Assembly (NCBI RefSeq): GCF_964355755.1
Contig: NC_092674.1
Coordinates: 20,770,001-20,834,000 of the forward strand
Source: Antedon mediterranea
Lineage: Eukaryota; Animalia; Echinodermata
DNA length: 64,000 nt
Direction of reading: 5' to 3'
Made by a program: the position numbers and the translations under genes. Positions 1 through 12,500 of this stretch are shown in pieces; within the stretch, counting starts at the first letter, position 1, and each line of letters starts with the position of its first letter. The notes beneath the pieces are model-generated. The model was not told the origin of the DNA. It saw nothing but the letters and a program-made list of their open reading frames with translations, and did no database searches.

Positions 1-814
1 AGTAATATTTATTTCAATCGACTTGATATTTTGCGATTCAAGTTGGTATTCTAAGGAATTATAATTACCCTAACGGGAGTTGGTGACCGTCCAGTGCCCT
101 AGTTTTTACGGGGTTAATATGATGTCGATGGTCCTACTTTTTTATCGATGAAAGCTGCCCGGGTGGTTGCAGCCATTTTCAACAGCTGATATTACACTAT
201 TCAATGCTGAAAATTGTCCAGTGGACACTTTCAAACACCGGACACATTTAAATCTTACACCGGCTACACGAATCTGATGATGAACATGACCACACACTTT
301 GTAGAAGGTGCTGTAGCAGAGCGTACGGTGTGCAATTTATTCTATAAATATATTATTTCTGAAAAGTAAACATTGTGTCTACACCATGGCTTTGTAACAT
401 TATACATATCATCCCTAACGGAGCCCCGTATATCAATAAAATTTAGGCCTGCTGGTAAGGTACGGTACTGCATAAGTTACAAATAGAGTTCTGAAAGTGA
501 CTTTATTGGTCGTTCATAATGTAATAATGAAAGTATACTGCTATCTTTATCGTTATTGGTAACCAACAATAATTCGATATGATTGTTACGTTTGTTTGGT
601 CCGATAATTAATAAATAAAACCCAGAGCTTTATATTTAGGTTAGTATAAGGCCTATCCTACTATTACCGTGGACCGGGATTGTAATGTATAATTTCTTGA
701 ATTCAATTATGCAGAAATAATGACATTAAAAATGAGAAAAAGAACACAGATTATATTAATAACAATAACTTCATAATTTATTATATTCTTTCGATAATTT
801 AAACTTGATAGTAG

Positions 815-1816
815 AAGGCCTTTGACAGTGTGGACCACACTATTGCTGTGAACAAGCTAGTTAAATTAGGATGTAGACCAGAAATAATACCTTGGATCAT
901 AAGTTTTGTTTCAGAACGTACACAAAAAGTGAAGTATAACTCCGTCTTGTTTAATAGTGTTCAAAGTGTTAAAAGTATGTAAATACGTTGATGATTTATG
1001 TATCGGTGAAGTGGTTAAAAGAAACAATTCTTCTAATATCCAACAAACAGTTAAGGATTTTTTTATATGGTCAAATGAAAATAAACTCAATCTTAATGTT
1101 GATAAATGTAAAATGATGTACTTTTCGTTTCAAAAAGCACTTCCAGTCATTGATCCCATTGTAATTGACGACCGACAACTGGAATGTGTCACAGAAGTGA
1201 ATATCATAGGTGTTTGGGTCCAAAACAACCTTAAATGGGATACAAATGTTAGTGAAATCATCTTTAAAAGTAGTAGAAAACTTTATATGTTATGTCGTCT
1301 AAACAAATTCAGTGTCCCTGTAGAAGATCTAGTAGCGGTTTATACTGGCTACATTAGATCTACCCTTGAATATGCGGCTCAAGTGTGGCATTCAGGTATA
1401 ACTATAAAAAAATACAGAAGAGAGCATTCCGAATCATTCTAGGTCATAAATATATAGATTATCCCCACGCATTACGTAACCTTAACCTCCTAATCGGAAC
1501 GTAGAACAAAGCTGTGCCTTAAACTTGCCAAAACTTGCGCAAAAGACGATCGTTTTTCATGGCGGTTCAATAAAAATAACACAGCTCACAATATGGTTCT
1601 TCGAAACCCAAAAAATGTTGAGCCATTAGCCAAAGTCAACCGTTATCATAATAGTGCAATCCCGTATTTTACCAGAATTTTTAATAAAAATAATAATAAT
1701 ATATAAAGATTTTTAAAACAACTACAGCGTGCAACATCTGTTGGCTCCCTTGTGTTTTTTAGTGAATTTTTATACTTTTTTAATGTTTTTAATGAATTGT
1801 TAATCAGTTTAGTTTT

Positions 1817-1855
<39 letters not shown>

Positions 1856-2065
1856 AGTGCATATCCGTACCGTAATTTTTATACTTAGTAATTTAAAGAT
1901 AATTCTTCAACCATATATTTTTATATCTAATTGGTAAATTTGTTATTGTCTTTATATGTGTATATTGATCTGTGCAATTTTTATTGTTATGTAAATCCCA
2001 AGCAATTCAGTTTCTTTTCTGTGATTTGTGGATATATTAAAATAAATTAAATAAATAAAAATAAA
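815..2065 (+). mobile_element. 5'-truncated, degenerate non-LTR retrotransposon (CR1/L2-group) RT 3' part and 3' UTR
   Basis: KAFDSVDH at ~815-838. ORF 957-1442 has KYVDD, WSNENKLNLNVDKCK and YIRSTLEYAAQVWH. Frameshifts follow, and there is an AATAAA-rich tail near 2040-2065. Confidence 0.85.
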
Positions 2066-2377
2066 TTACAATTAACAAACAAAGGATCAGAGCTTTTACA
2101 GATTTCCCTTTTGGGCACAAAGTATGCTTCTTAGTGGGAACGTATTCGTCTCCTGACTTTTGCATCTTCTGATATTGGTAGTCATTTTGCTTCTTGTACA
2201 CTGCGAAAAAAAAGCAATCATTTAAATTTCTCTCGCTCAATCCAAATTTCTTGGAGGCGCTAAACTATTCCAAAATATGCGAGTCTTTCCAAAATACGGA
2301 AATGGTGGAGGGCTTTTATTTATTTTTTTTTTAGATTTATCAAATACGGAAATATAGTAACTGCAATAACATAAACA

Positions 2378-2905
2378 ACTAGAAAGCCACTCCGAGAGTG
2401 CATACCTCCACCTACTGTAAAATTCTCCTTCTTAAAGGTTATGTAACCAGCCTTTCAACTAACAATAGTTTCAGTTGTCAGGAACGCCAAAAACAAACGA
2501 GTGAATTTGAACAGAAATAGGTTTTTAAAAACTACTCGTTTAAAAAAAACCCTGTACATTAATTCAAATTATGTTTTAAAATTACAAATTACAAATTATA
2601 ACTTTTGCTTCTTGCACAAAAGAAATTTTTTGGACAAGTAGTTCTCGAGAAAATGCAATTTCAGTTACTTGTTACTTTAAGACTGCTCGCTGGCTTTTGG
2701 AACTTCTGTCCTATCTTTTAACACTAGGTCTGAAAATAATACTAAAAAGTGTTCCGAATTGCCTCCAAAATTTAATGGAGTGGTCCTTGACCACATATCT
2801 ATCTGTATTTTCTTATTGGTAAAGATATTGCAATACCTTTTTGAGTAATTCTGCTAAGAAACAGACACACGCGATCGATTACACAAACCTCATTGGCGGA
2901 GATAA
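2378..2905 (-). mobile_element. Helentron-associated non-autonomous element (HINE/DINE-like)
   Basis: Same layout as 32897-33517, on the opposite strand: ACTAG end, hairpin CACTC-CGA-GAGTG, subTIR ACCTCCACC, and far-end AACCTCATTGGCGGAGAT. Confidence 0.65.
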
Positions 2906-3483
2906 ATAATACATGAGCGTTTTTGTATTTCTGTGTTAACCTTATAGCATACTTTCTTGTTAATTGTTTCCAGAATTGATTCATTTAAATGGTGGTCTTT
3001 CCTTTAAAAGGGTAGTTATGGGTGACAGGAGGAAGGTGATGAGGTGGGGGAGGAGAAATTTGCGTTGTGGTATGAATTTAGCTACCATGCTGTTATTTAC
3101 CACATCATAGTATCTTCATCTTCATCGGTATGAGTTCCCACAATCATCATGTTGATTATTACGGAACTAAGTTGGTGTGGTGGCAGTATTCACAGCTGAT
3201 TTTGGCTTTAATTGTTTGGATTTATTTCTTATATTATTTTATTTATCTATTTTTGTAAGGCCGGCGGAAATGATCAGAATATTGAATCTAAAGTTGTTAT
3301 TTTTATTTATTTATTCATTTCCCAACCAACAGTGAGCTCATGGTTCACCACTTACAGGAGGGAACAGTTGAAAATGTATTAGTGTAAAACAATGCTTATA
3401 CTAATAATTCATTCTTTGGTAAGATATCAATGAGATGTGTTATTATACCTGGTTAGATTAACTATCTTTTAACACGCCACGTA

Positions 3484-3569
3484 CCTTTACTCTTGATTAC
3501 TCTTCCTATGCGTACAACAATCAAGATAACCATTACACCTACGGCGCTGTTGGTCCACTTACTGCCGTC
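3484..3569 (-). CDS. Putative exon with a short hydrophobic (TM-like) segment of the host gene
   Basis: TTTAAG acceptor. Reads [28 protein letters not shown] in phase with exon 4029-4090. The hydrophobic run is short. Confidence 0.4.
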
Positions 3570-6500
3570 CTTAAAACAGAAACAATTGAATTAAATTAAG
3601 CGTACGTAGAAAAGCATGTTTCATTGCCCAGAAAGGTTGGTGATTCTTACACCCGATGTTCTTACGAGTTAAAGAGGGTAGTACATATTTGTATGAAAGT
3701 GATACATAATGGAATCAATCATTCATTCGTAGTAAGCTGTCATTAGAAAGACTCCTATCATTGTACGATTTATCGGTAGCAAGAATGCTAGTTGATCTAA
3801 ACCCAGTACCGTATGATTTTTACAATCATTCATGAAGTTTAATTTGTGTATAATGTGTATGTGCAGTTTTCGTCCAGCCATTTGTAGGTTTTGTAAATAT
3901 TACTAAGTTGACTTTTTACTTTACCTAATTCAATGGTCAAACAACAATAAGCGTATAACTACTCCAAATATCCATATAATGTTACAGAAGAGTTTTCTAA
4001 ACAGTGACTGATTTTATAGAATGGTTACCTTTTTGGCGACATGCTTCTCTTCAGATATCATCGTTCTAGACAGCATACTTGAAGAAGCAGCTAAAATAAA
4101 AACAAAATAAATAGCATGTTAACATAACTCAAAACAATAAACAAAGTGGATGTAGCCATGTTCTATAAAAACAGTAATCTACTTACTTAATTATTTTGAA
4201 GATACGAACATCAAAACATGCTTGGTGGAAAATTAAAAAGCGCAATGATTTTGTACAGTGTATTCTTATTTTTTTGTGAATGACTTTACTTTGACCAGCA
4301 TGGTCACTAAGCAAGAATGCGGACGTGTACAACATATAAAAAAGAATCTTACAGAGGCAAACGCCGATATCAATTTTTTAAACAAAAATGTAAAAAATCG
4401 TATACATACGAGGAAGCTTATTGTGTTTGTGTGCTTCAAAATCAGCATCGCTACATCCATCACATCTCAGACATTTCGTCTGTCCTTCTTTAGGCTGGTG
4501 AAACCCTTGTGGGCATTTCTGACACACTGCAGGCAAGTTATCATTTCCACGGTATGACCCGGGAGGACAGTTCACTAAGAAATGAAAAGTAACATGTGAT
4601 TGTTCTACCTTTTCAAAACTACATAAATAAAAACAGAACATACGAACATTTTAATTTAAACAAAATCAACAACAAAATCAACTCACCACATATATATCCA
4701 TCAGTGTGTGCGTACTGAGTGTTCGGACATATAGGACCATTTAAAGCAGCATTAAACTCTACCATTTCAACAATTTCACCTCTATGTTTGAATGTTTCAC
4801 CAGGAGTGAGCATATTTTTAAGCTGGACTACTTTTTCATGGATGCTTTCAATCTTGTCTTTAACCCGATATGCTGATTCTTCTCGGCTTACAGTTACCAC
4901 ATCAATAGATGTTGCATTTGTACTTTTTATTTCAAATGTTGTCTGCCTTAGAAATGATTTACCATTTTGCGTGAATTCCTGATAGTTGAGACGTTCTAAT
5001 TCTGCATCAGTGTTACTCATGACATTTGCAATAGTATCTTCCAATGATGTCTTTTTTGACTTGAAAGAGCCTACACTGAAAAATGATATAGCGATTTTGC
5101 TCGAGAATTCTGGCATCGATATTCCTAGAACGTGAAGTTTTGCCGCACTTGATAGCTGTTGCCCGTGATTGTTTGAAGCTTTACATGTATACCATCCATC
5201 TTGGTTAAATGTTGGGCTTAATATCTCAATAATCGAGCCATTCTGACCTGGGATTAGTTCCATATCTGACGATAAAGACTGAAAGTACCATTGATAGTCT
5301 GCCAGTGGCCGAGCGGACGCCTGACAAGTGAAATATGCGCCTTCAATATTACCATGTTCGATTACAGTGTCTTGCGGATGCTCGGTGATCAGTGGTGCAA
5401 ATTCAATTGTGACGTCACATTGTAATGATGAAACCTTTGTAACTTTATTGCAAGCCTGACAACTGTAAGTTCCAGAATTAGATGAATTTACTTGGTTTAA
5501 ATGCAATGAGTTTGAATTCATTCCACTCAGTATTTGGCCATTAAACTTCCAACTAAATTTTGGTAATGGATTTCCAGTGGCTTGGCACGTCAGAGTAATG
5601 TCCTCTCCTTCAACAGTAGATATGTTTGGTTTTGGGTGCTCGGTAATGACGGGAGCTTCTAAACATATATCATTGTAATTTTTGAGAAAAATAACCCGAG
5701 TTAGTACAATCTTTCCACTTGTTTCTAGTTTATCGGAGCTTGACAAATTAGCATTCAGAAAAGTTGATACATATTCATCGAGGGCAGAAACATTCTGGTA
5801 AATCTCTTTACCTTCTGACAAATATTTTAAAGCAATCAATTCCGCTGTTAAGCAATCATAAAACCCTTCGCAGTCAGTGATACCACTTGCATTACGAGTA
5901 TATTGATCCATAACAGTTTTCCAATTAGTCATCAAGTCAACCTCAAGTAATGATTTGGTGTTGTTTGTTTTCCTCTTTAAAGAATTAATAACTTTTGACA
6001 ACGCTTTTTCCTCAACTCCATTACCTGTATTGGACTCTTCTAAATCACTCATAGTTAAGTTAAAATATAACAATGCACTTCTATTTACATCACTCGGTGA
6101 TGTTACCACTGATAGATTGTACAAGTAGTCATGTTGAAACATTTCTTCTGTTTCCAGTGATTTTGCATTAGCAACTTTACTAATATTTACAGTCTCTAAT
6201 AGTGTTTGGAAAGAATGTTTAACAAAATCCAGTATGTTGTTATAATCTGCACACCTCTCCTCATTTCGAATGACATTTTGATCTCGCGAAAGGCTGCTTG
6301 TAATATTGAGATCTTGAGAATCGTTCACCAGAATATAACCGATCTTTTGAATTGGTGGCTGTTGAATAAAGGTAGTGATGTCACGTCTTCTACGAAATCC
6401 ATCACGGTTTTGGTTTACTCCTCTCCTTCTTCCAACTGATCTTGTTACGTCACCAAACAATTCTCCCGTAATGAAAAGTGCAGCATTTTCAATAGTGTAA

Positions 6501-9500
6501 TTTAAATTGTTGGCATCAATAAATACTTGAATCTGTACAGGAGTAGATGACAACGTCATATAACATACAACTGGAATCATGGAAGTGTCTTCTTCAACTA
6601 GATCAATGTTAAAGTGAAGTTTCTTTAACTCTAAACTGTCTTCAAGTGATCCGTTTATTTGATGTTGTTTTATATTCAGACCTGCTTCAACTTCTCTTCG
6701 TATTTTGTCCAATGCATCTTGGGTATTGTTGAAATGTTTCTTCAGTATCATAACCCTATCTGATACTTCTTTTTGCTGGTTCAATGCATTGTCGAGATCG
6801 ATTAGTGCTTCGTTCAATACTGCCTCTGCAACTGATGCACTTAAAACAGCATCATCACACTCTTTAATAGGCACAGCAAGGTCGGGTGTTTCTTTTTTTA
6901 TTTGATCAAATGCTCGACTTCTTTGTTTTCGGCATTGTTCATTTGTTTGCACACAATTGGCGTCCGGTATATGAGTACTGCAAAAGACTTCTTCTGTTTT
7001 AGACCTCTTTATTTGACCTATGATTTCATAATTGACACATGTGCTACATGATTGCAACGTAGCTGTTACTAAAACTGGTTTTTGGCATTCTTCACAACAT
7101 TCACCTTTTGAATAAGAATTTCGACTGCCTTTCTTTATGGACGTTATAACAGCTATTACACCACTAATATATTTTTTCATAATAAAATCATACGCAGCAG
7201 TAATAAGTTTTATAGGATCTAAACTCATGGTCTTAACCGGGGTTGCTAAATAACAAATATCGCAACAGGCGGTTGTCTCGTTAACAACTGTTGATTCTTC
7301 TTTGTTAATACAACATTCATATGGAACATATCCATACACATCTTCTACGTAGGGAACAAGTTTACTTCCGGGTAGACATACACCACTACATTCATGTATT
7401 TCGCAAACATTGTCCACGGCTTCTTCTAAATCCCTTGTATCATGGCGTAAATCTTCAAGCGTTTTGCGAGCTCTTTCAACTGCATTGTTTGCTTCAACAA
7501 TATCTTTTAAAGCAGAATCATGTTTATCCCTAGCTTCAGCAACATTAGCTGTTTGAATGGCTTCTTCTTTCAATGTATTCTGCAATGTTGATATTGCTAT
7601 GTCGAGGGACTTTGAAACTTGGCTAAGTCTTCGTTCGCTATCGTCAACTAATTTATGGGATAAAGAGATTATGTTGTTTTTCAATATTTTCCCTAATGAC
7701 AATGGACCTTCAACTGCTACTTCTCCATTTGCAGATAACACCATCGACTCAAACGATCCCAATCTTGATGTAACGTTACCACTCACATCAAATAAACCCC
7801 AAAGCTTACCAGAAAAACTAAAATAAATATCATCCATTGTCAGGTGCATAGTGGTATCTTGTTCAATTCCAAGTAGTTTTATATACACTGGTATATTTCC
7901 TATCCAATGATTAACATTGCATGCAAATGCTAATCTTAATTTTGATCCAGCTGGAACACGGATGAATTGATTGAGGGTTTGAGTAATAAAGTACTCTCCT
8001 GTCATGCAGACATTAGGAACGGGTTGATTAATCTGGTGTTGGTCTTTTAGGTTTGGACAATTGTTAAATGAATTTAAGACGTTTACCTCCAAAGACGGAA
8101 AACAGAAATTATTTGATAAACATATTCTAGAGTTAATGCGGAAACCAGACCCTGACGTAGTTTCATAAACGAAAAGATTCTGTACTTCTACAAGAACTTT
8201 GTTACTGAGATGCTCTATTCTAGCTGTAACATTAAGAACATCATTTTGCAGATTATTCTTACTGGGATTGGTAGACAATTTATCATTAACATTCCAAAGA
8301 GAATTCAAAATACGTTTACACTGTACACGTAAATCTGCCAGAGAAATAGCAATCTGTTTCAAATCTTTTTGGGTTAACGCTTGAAAATACTGATTAATAT
8401 TGTAAGTTAAATCATTGACTGTAGATAACAGAAAAGAATATAAGTCGTCATTTTCAACAGCCAATAGTTGTTTACTCAATTCTTTCACTTGAGGTGGCAT
8501 GTTTTTAAGATCACTTATAATCTTTGTCATCATGTTTAGATCTGATGGAATATCAAGATTCGGTGACAAATCATAATTCACAAACACTTCTACAGTAGAT
8601 TCCTCAGTATTGAGTAGCCAGGAAAAAGGCGTGTCATCAAAAGATGCAAATGACGTAGATGATTCCATTCTTATTCCTCGATCAGGAGAAAAGAATCCAT
8701 CTACAACAAAACCTAAACAGACACAACATTATCATTAAATTGTATTGATTAACATTTTAAAAAAGATTGTAGAGATGTCACTGTACGCTACAATAGTGCA
8801 ACCTAGCAAGTAATTTTTTGTCGTTCTTGTCTTTCTTGTTTACTTAATAATATCAGGGAAGAGTTAAAGAGTTAAATTACATGGAAAACTCACGGACCTT
8901 ACATCAAACGTTACAACGCGCGGCACCACCGATTCGATTACATAATCAACGGATGTTCGCTCAAGACGAAGTAATTGCTTTGCGCATGCCCAGAAGCGAT
9001 TGTTTTCCGGTCGGTGACCGCTAGACTTGCTCCAAGTCTGTATTTATTGTCTTTTTTTATTTCATTCAACACGTCGTCGTTTTGATTTTTGTCTGAAAAT
9101 ACAGACTTGTGAAACACGTATAGAAATCGATTTGCAGACCGCAAACCTCCGATAAGAATGACGTAGGTTATCATACCGTATTTAGCTATGTGGGGCGGGT
9201 TTATGTAAATATGTGGCTGTAGAATCAACCAATCAACGGACCTCATTTTGGGGCTCTAATTAATTGCATTGTGCAATACAGGATGAAAGTTATCGCGAGC
9301 GAGTTTCGTGGTGGTAACACTCGTTATTGAGCTAGTATTAAGTAGCCTAGGCTTACATCACCGATAGACCCATAGCCACAAAAACATGGATGAGTTCCAA
9401 AAGAAAACACCGAAAAAACAACATACGCGAGAAGTACTGTCTCCGCACAAACTTCAGTGCGTATGTATAGTTTGTGGGGAAGCAACTCTGAAATCAAGGA

Positions 9501-12500
9501 GGCTTTCATTATTCCATGGGGAGACAGCCTTGGACGTTTTCAAGCGATTAGACATCATCCTTAGCCCTCAACAATGTACGTCACTCACCCAAATCAAAGG
9601 TAGCGGAATATCGTGTTGTCGATTATGCGACATGAAAATAAAAACGATACATAGAAATATTGAGAAACTAAAAGGGCAAGTTAAAAACACATTTGCTCGC
9701 TTTGTAAAGCAGGTAACCGTTTTAAAAAGAGCTGCCCCAGCAGTGCCTTCTTCTAATACAAAAAGAAGCTTGGAAATGGAGCTGAGCTTAGGATGTCGCG
9801 GAGAAAGCCCCTCACCACTCGGTAGCATCCCTCTCAACGAGAACAGGGGATTAAGTTTAAATGCTGGAAGTACTAGTAATACTATCAAGGTGCGTTTAAA
9901 TACTTAGACCTATTCTTTATTGTTCATAACTAATATATTTTTATTTAGGTATTACATATTTAGTAGTAGGCCTAGCTAGTTCGGCTAGCAATTATGCCTA
10001 GGCCTAGCCAATAATTAATAAATTCACAATCAAAATAAATATTAAATAAATGACAATAATATAATTTATATTATTATTTATAATACAAAAAAAATCGATT
10101 AAAAAATGATGCATTCCGATTGAATTTTGGGTCATAAAAACTTTTCTTTTTTAATATTAACAAATACAATAATAAAAATGAATTAACTCAAAGATTTATT
10201 ACAGTATAAATCTAGAGGCCAACATTTAATCAATAATATAACTTAATAGAGTGTTACTGTGTGTGGTTTTTGTAGATTATTTTACCGTTTCCTGGTGGTA
10301 CCCAGACAAGAACAGCAAAACACAAATTCAACACTGTCCTCAAGCAGATTGTTGTTGGTGATTCTTCCAGTATTGGTAGAGCTGTTTTAAGTTGTGATGA
10401 TCATCTTAAGGAATGTGTTTTTACAGAATGTTGTAATATCATCAAACAGGAGGTAGGCATGTAGTATAATAATAACTTTATTTGGGATGATGTTTTGCAA
10501 AAACAGAACAAACTAACCAGTAGTGCATCAAAATAATTAAAAAAAATACAAATAACTAAAATACAATGTAAAACAATACAAATATTAATTTTTATATGAT
10601 ATGTTATTTACAAAGTAACCTTGTTTCTGGTACTGGTAATACTTAAAAACTGTCAGAAAATGCAAGTTTTTTTTTCATTCAATATTTTTTGAAGAGGGAA
10701 CTATGTAAATGAATTATAAAATTTGTGTTGAATTATATAGATTAGCAAATTGCAATTGTTTGCAGGTATATACAATTTGCTCAAAAGTGGATGAGTCAGT
10801 GCTCAGAAAAACAACAAAGGAAGAGCTTGCCAAATTTAGTTGGGATGTCTTCCACGAAGAGCTGAAGGAAAAAGCACCTTATTTTCTACAGTTCATTATG
10901 ACTGCTGTCAGCAACATCAAACAATTACAACGTAATGTTAAAAAAAACACCACAACCGTGATGCCAGCAATTTTAGATTGCATTTCCAAACTTCTAAACA
11001 TCTACAATGAGCAAATGAATGCAATGAAAAAGCTTAAGGGAATAATTCTTAAGAAAGCTGGGCTCAAAAAGGTAATAAACCTCAATTTCAATAATATACT
11101 TTTATTTGACTTGTTACGTTGGATATTGCTGTTGGAAAAACATGTAAATGATAAGTATGAAAATTCTGTATTTTATTAGGTTGGATTTCAACGGCTTGCA
11201 GCACTGTATGACACCATGTCATACAGGTCTGCAAATGATACACTTGAAGCCTTTGGTGAATCATTTGCAGAACCACTTCTAGAATGGAAAGAGACAGAAG
11301 AGAAAGTACATCAAGAAGAGAAAGACTTAATAATAGACAGATTGCATGATGGTCACCACAACTCTAGGCTGAAAGATTTCAGACAAGGAATGCCACCTGG
11401 TTATTCATTTACAGGTAAATTCAGCATGCATTAGTTAAGTTTATGGTGACTAACCTAACCTTTTTTAATTAATAAAACTGAGATTTAATATTTCTCAATT
11501 TTAGTTATGTAATGATGACATAATTGAATATAGTGGAGCTGTAGCTTGTAAACATGTTTGTCTTCCAATCCCAGTGTCCAGGAATCAATTCTGGCCATAA
11601 TTGATTATCATGTATCATGTACATGATATCATTGGGTTGTGGACAGACACACAGTGATATATTTTATTTTTTAACAAGGCGACAATGTTGATGTCAGATT
11701 CAAAGTGAGGCATATGACTTCAAAAAGACAGCATAAAGACCACCATCTCTACCAGTTGATTGCATATCAAAATCGCATAAGTGGAAAGCACCTTCCCGAT
11801 GAAAATCCAATTTTAGATTCAAAATCTGTACCATGCACTTTATTCCTGCCATCGACTACAGACAATGAGATATTGACAAGTGAATTTGTGTGGCTCATTT
11901 GTCAAATCTGGACAAAGTACATTCCTTCACTTAGTTGGTTCAAAGAATTTATGCCTAATTGCATTTCTCATCCATTTATGAGAGACGTGAAATCAAAGAC
12001 CAAAAAGGTAAATTTTAAATATGCATGAAAATGACAAAATATGACTGAGTGTCAGGCAAATTATAAGTTTTGTCCTGGCAGCCAATTAAAACATGCAGAA
12101 CACAATATTGCAATGTCATAGCAAGGTGTTTTGCTCACTCCCATCAAAAAAAGTTAAATTGTTTACTTTTTGAGAAACAAATTCAAGAACCATTTACACA
12201 TTTCATTTAAATCAACATATTCAAAATACTTATTTGTTTACATTCACAGGTACACCTTGGAGTCTTGGAAAAGAATGAATCTAAAGAGGAGGACATGCTT
12301 GATATTTGTAAGTACTTGCATCAATATGTACCAGGTCATTCTGATGATGCCACAAGTATGCAGAAACCAGTAAAGGTATTATTATTATATTTAATATTAG
12401 ATTTTAAAAGGAGATGTTTGTTTTCTTCAATAGTAATTAATGTCGTTTAACAAATTCATTTATTATGTAAAATTAATGAATCAAATGGTTTTTAATAAGT

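Noticed and set aside
2432-2680. TTAA-flanked Kolobok-like MITE within the HINE
   Set aside because: The terminal inverted match is too weak to call.
3000-3460. Cytoplasmic-tail exons of the host gene
   Set aside because: Possible splice sites exist, but I could not establish a consistent open frame.
4719-8384. Short plus-strand ORFs
   Set aside because: They are antisense shadows of the giant exon. The same applies to the short ORFs opposite the helicase, Gypsy and RTE sequences.
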